A stretch of DNA of 64,000 nucleotides. Origin: Lepagella sp. GTDB taxonomy: Bacteria; Bacteroidota; Bacteroidia; Bacteroidales; Muribaculaceae. Positions 61,702 through 64,000 of the stretch are shown here, piece by piece. Where the stretch lies: assembly GCA_051872035.1 (NCBI GenBank), contig JBJEDL010000083.1, positions 692-64,691 of the forward strand, read 5' to 3'. The position numbers and the translations under genes were made by a program. The notes under the pieces are model-generated. The model made no database searches, was not told the origin of the DNA, and saw only the letters and a list, made by a program, of their open reading frames with translations. Numbering within the stretch: the stretch's first letter is position 1; the number at the start of each line of letters is the position of its first letter.

Positions 61702-63051
61702 ATGAAAATCAATTACAATAGCCTCTCTGAGGTTACAGGCGAGTTGGTGATGGTCGTCGAAGAGTGCGACTACGCCGAAAAAGTCAAAAAGCAACTCAAG
61801 GATTTGGGTAAGCGCCATGCCGAGCCCGGTTTCCGCCCCGGCCATGTGCCCGCAGGTCTGATCCAAAAGAAGTATGGCAAGTCAGTACTCTATGATGTTG
61901 TCACCAACACCATCTCCGATGAAATGACCAAGTATTTCGCCGATAATAATATGAACGTTCTCGGCAATCCTATCCCTGATAAGGATAATAACATCGATTT
62001 CGATGCCAAGGAGTTTACTTTCAAGTTCCGGGTGGGTGTGGCTCCCGAGCTCTCTCTCGTAGTCGATAAGAATGTCAATATTCCTTATTATAATATCGAA
62101 GTTAATGAGGAGATGGTCAAGAAGCAGGATGACGCTCTGCGTCGCCGCTTCGGCAACCAAGGTCCCGCCGAGGAGTCGGATGCTTCCGCTCTGATCAAGG
62201 GCGAAATCCGCGAACTTAATGAAGATGGCTCTATCAAGGAGGATGGCGTAGCTGTGGCTGACGGTATCGTGGCTCCCCAATATTTCAAGGATGCCAAGCA
62301 GTCTGAACTCTTCCTCGGCAAGCATGTCGGCGATGAGGTGGTCTTCAATCCCGCTGCTACTTGCGAAGGTAGTGCCACTGAGATCGCTTCGATGCTCCAC
62401 ATCGATAAGGAAGTTGCCGACAATTATCATGGCGATTTCATGTTCACCATCCGCGAGATCATCACTCTCAAGCCTGCTGAACTCAATGAGGAGTTCTTCA
62501 AGAACGCCTTCGGCGAAAACGTGAAGGATGAGGAGTCTTATTTCAAGGCTATCAAGGAGATGATCGAGGCTTCGCTCAAGGGCGACTCCAACTATCGCTT
62601 CTCGATCGATGCTCAGAAAGTTCTCCTCGATGCTGTAGGCGAGGTGAATCTCCCCGATGAGATCATCAAGTCGTTCCTCATCGAGCAGAATGAGTCGCTC
62701 AATGATGATAATATCGATGAGCAGTATCCCGAAATCCGTAAGGACCTCGTTTGGGATCTCGTGAAGTCTCACATCATCAAGGCGCTCAATATCTCGATCT
62801 CCGAAGATGATGTGCTCAATACTTGCCGCATCCTCGCTCGCAATCAGTTCGCTCAGTATGGCATGAACAATGTGCCTGATGAGGCTATCGACCGCTTCGC
62901 TCATGATATCATGGCTGACAAGAAGTCTATCGGCAATATCCGCCGTCAGTCGCTCGATATGAAGCTCTTCAATGCTCTTCGTGCCACTGTCACTCTCGAT
63001 GAGAAAAACGTGTCAGTCGAGGAGTTCGAAGCACTTTTTAGCGAAAAATAA
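61702..63051 (+). CDS. tig: trigger factor
   Basis: N-terminal ribosome-binding domain with GFRPGHVP. 449 aa. Classic tig-clpP-clpX gene order. Confidence 0.9.
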   Translation: MKINYNSLSEVTGELVMVVEECDYAEKVKKQLKDLGKRHAEPGFRPGHVPAGLIQKKYGKSVLYDVVTNTISDEMTKYFADNNMNVLGNPIPDKDNNIDFDAKEFTFKFRVGVAPELSLVVDKNVNIPYYNIEVNEEMVKKQDDALRRRFGNQGPAEESDASALIKGEIRELNEDGSIKEDGVAVADGIVAPQYFKDAKQSELFLGKHVGDEVVFNPAATCEGSATEIASMLHIDKEVADNYHGDFMFTIREIITLKPAELNEEFFKNAFGENVKDEESYFKAIKEMIEASLKGDSNYRFSIDAQKVLLDAVGEVNLPDEIIKSFLIEQNESLNDDNIDEQYPEIRKDLVWDLVKSHIIKALNISISEDDVLNTCRILARNQFAQYGMNNVPDEAIDRFAHDIMADKKSIGNIRRQSLDMKLFNALRATVTLDEKNVSVEEFEALFSEK

Positions 63052-63209
63052 TATTGTTTTGCAATATTTTTAAACTTTTTTCAAAAAGTTCCCGTTTTTG
63101 GCATACTTTTTGTTATCTATAGAGCAACTTCGTGTCTATCCTCCTTCGTTTCTCGCGGCGGATACTCGAAGTTGCTTATCTTTTTTCTGATTTTCTAATC
63201 CCTTTCGCT

Positions 63210-63920
63210 ATGAATATGAAAAGTGATTTTAATAATTTTGCCGTCAATCATCTGGGCATGAGTTCGAATACGCTCGATTCTTATCAGCGTGCCATCAATA
63301 GTCATGTCGCTGTCACAACTCCGACCGCCGACTATATGAACCCCTACATCCTCGAGGAGCGCCAACTCAATGTCACTCAAATGGATGTCTTCTCTCGTCT
63401 GATGATGGACCGCATCATCTTCCTCGGTACGCAAGTTTCCGACCAGAGCGCCAACATCATTCAGGCTCAACTCCTCTATCTCGATTCTGTCGACCCTGAT
63501 AAGGATATCAGCCTCTATATCAACTCTCCCGGCGGATCTGTATATGCCGGACTCGGCATCTATGACACTATGCAGTATGTCAATTCCGACGTCTCTACCA
63601 TCTGCACCGGTATGGCCGCTTCGATGGCTGCCGTCCTCCTCGTCGCCGGCGAGAAGGGCAAGCGCTTCGCTCTCCCTCACTCTCGCGTTATGATCCATCA
63701 GCCCATGGGCGGTATCCAGGGCCAGGCTTCAGATATCGAGATCACCGCTCGCGAGATCCTAAAACTCAAGGAGGAACTCTATCGTATCATCTCCAACCAC
63801 TCCGGTCAACCCTTCGAGCGCGTTGAGGCTGATTCCGACCGCGATTATTGGATGATTGCCTCGGAGGCGCAGGAGTATGGCATGATCGATAAGGTGCTCG
63901 TTAATCCTAAGAATAAGTAA
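63210..63920 (+). CDS. clpP: ATP-dependent Clp protease proteolytic subunit
   Basis: Motifs [16 protein letters not shown] (catalytic Ser) and MIHQP (His). ATG at 63210 is preferred over 63132. Confidence 0.93.
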   Translation: MNMKSDFNNFAVNHLGMSSNTLDSYQRAINSHVAVTTPTADYMNPYILEERQLNVTQMDVFSRLMMDRIIFLGTQVSDQSANIIQAQLLYLDSVDPDKDISLYINSPGGSVYAGLGIYDTMQYVNSDVSTICTGMAASMAAVLLVAGEKGKRFALPHSRVMIHQPMGGIQGQASDIEITAREILKLKEELYRIISNHSGQPFERVEADSDRDYWMIASEAQEYGMIDKVLVNPKNK

Positions 63921-63951
63921 CTTTTTTCATCCCTACCACCATTCGTTTTTA

Positions 63952-64000
63952 ATGGCTTCGAAAAGTAGTAAAAGATGCGTCATGTGTGGGCGAACTCAGT
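63952..64000 (+). CDS. clpX: ATP-dependent Clp protease ATP-binding subunit ClpX (5' fragment, runs off the window)
   Basis: MASKSSKRCVMCGRTQ… is the start of the ClpX zinc-binding domain (CxxCG). Its position after clpP fits. Confidence 0.7.
   Translation, partial: MASKSSKRCVMCGRTQ

Overview
This is a 64-kb chromosomal segment from a Bacteroidota (Bacteroidales-type) genome. I call 45 protein-coding genes (one partial) and one tRNA-His. I saw no rRNA, CRISPR array, transposase, integrase or prophage genes. The taxon call is an inference. It rests on a SusC/SusD pair with a hybrid two-component regulator, many lipoproteins, a T9SS C-terminal sorting domain, a Rho with a long disordered N-terminal insertion, near-absence of Shine-Dalgarno sequences, and 20 correctly placed matches to the Bacteroidetes -7 promoter box TAnnTTTG.

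Gene content:
- 1-20 kb is housekeeping: TlpA-like oxidoreductase, TIGR01212 radical SAM protein, aroC, rho, relA-like, divergent kbl/tdh, a porin-like barrel, DUF4301, tilS, rubrerythrin, ruvX and a YidE/YbjL-type transporter.
- 20.1-36.2 kb is a complete fructan utilisation locus: two GH32 enzymes, SusC/SusD, an SGBP-like lipoprotein, an HTCS sensor, an MFS sugar permease, a fructokinase, and an unusual T9SS-sorted CBM-like protein.
- 36.4-38.8 kb encodes an oxaloacetate-decarboxylase-alpha/5S-transcarboxylase-like protein with two tandem biotinyl domains and an extra tail.
- 39.0-47.7 kb looks like an accessory island. It holds an AT-rich BACON-like lipoprotein, a 515-bp non-coding spacer, and a tightly packed 4-gene operon of type-V-pilin-like (Mfa-like) lipoproteins. 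Three of those carry one or two lectin-like (FISUMP/DUF1566-like) C-terminal modules.
- 47.9-64 kb is housekeeping again: L31 type B, ettA, def, PBP1A, a phospho-sugar mutase, a flavin reductase, yicC, gmk, nadD, an M18 aminopeptidase, tig, clpP and the start of clpX.

Most noteworthy non-genic signals:
- A two-copy intergenic repeat element made of a conserved head plus an (AATTCCT)n array, which closes all six reading frames.
- 21-bp-phased TGTTSCA direct repeats in both PUL control regions, a candidate HTCS operator.
- Perfect tandem 17-nt and 23-nt repeats in two upstream regions.
- A lone canonical Shine-Dalgarno sequence inside the pilin-like operon.

Many long antisense ORFs in the supplied track are codon-bias shadows and were rejected.
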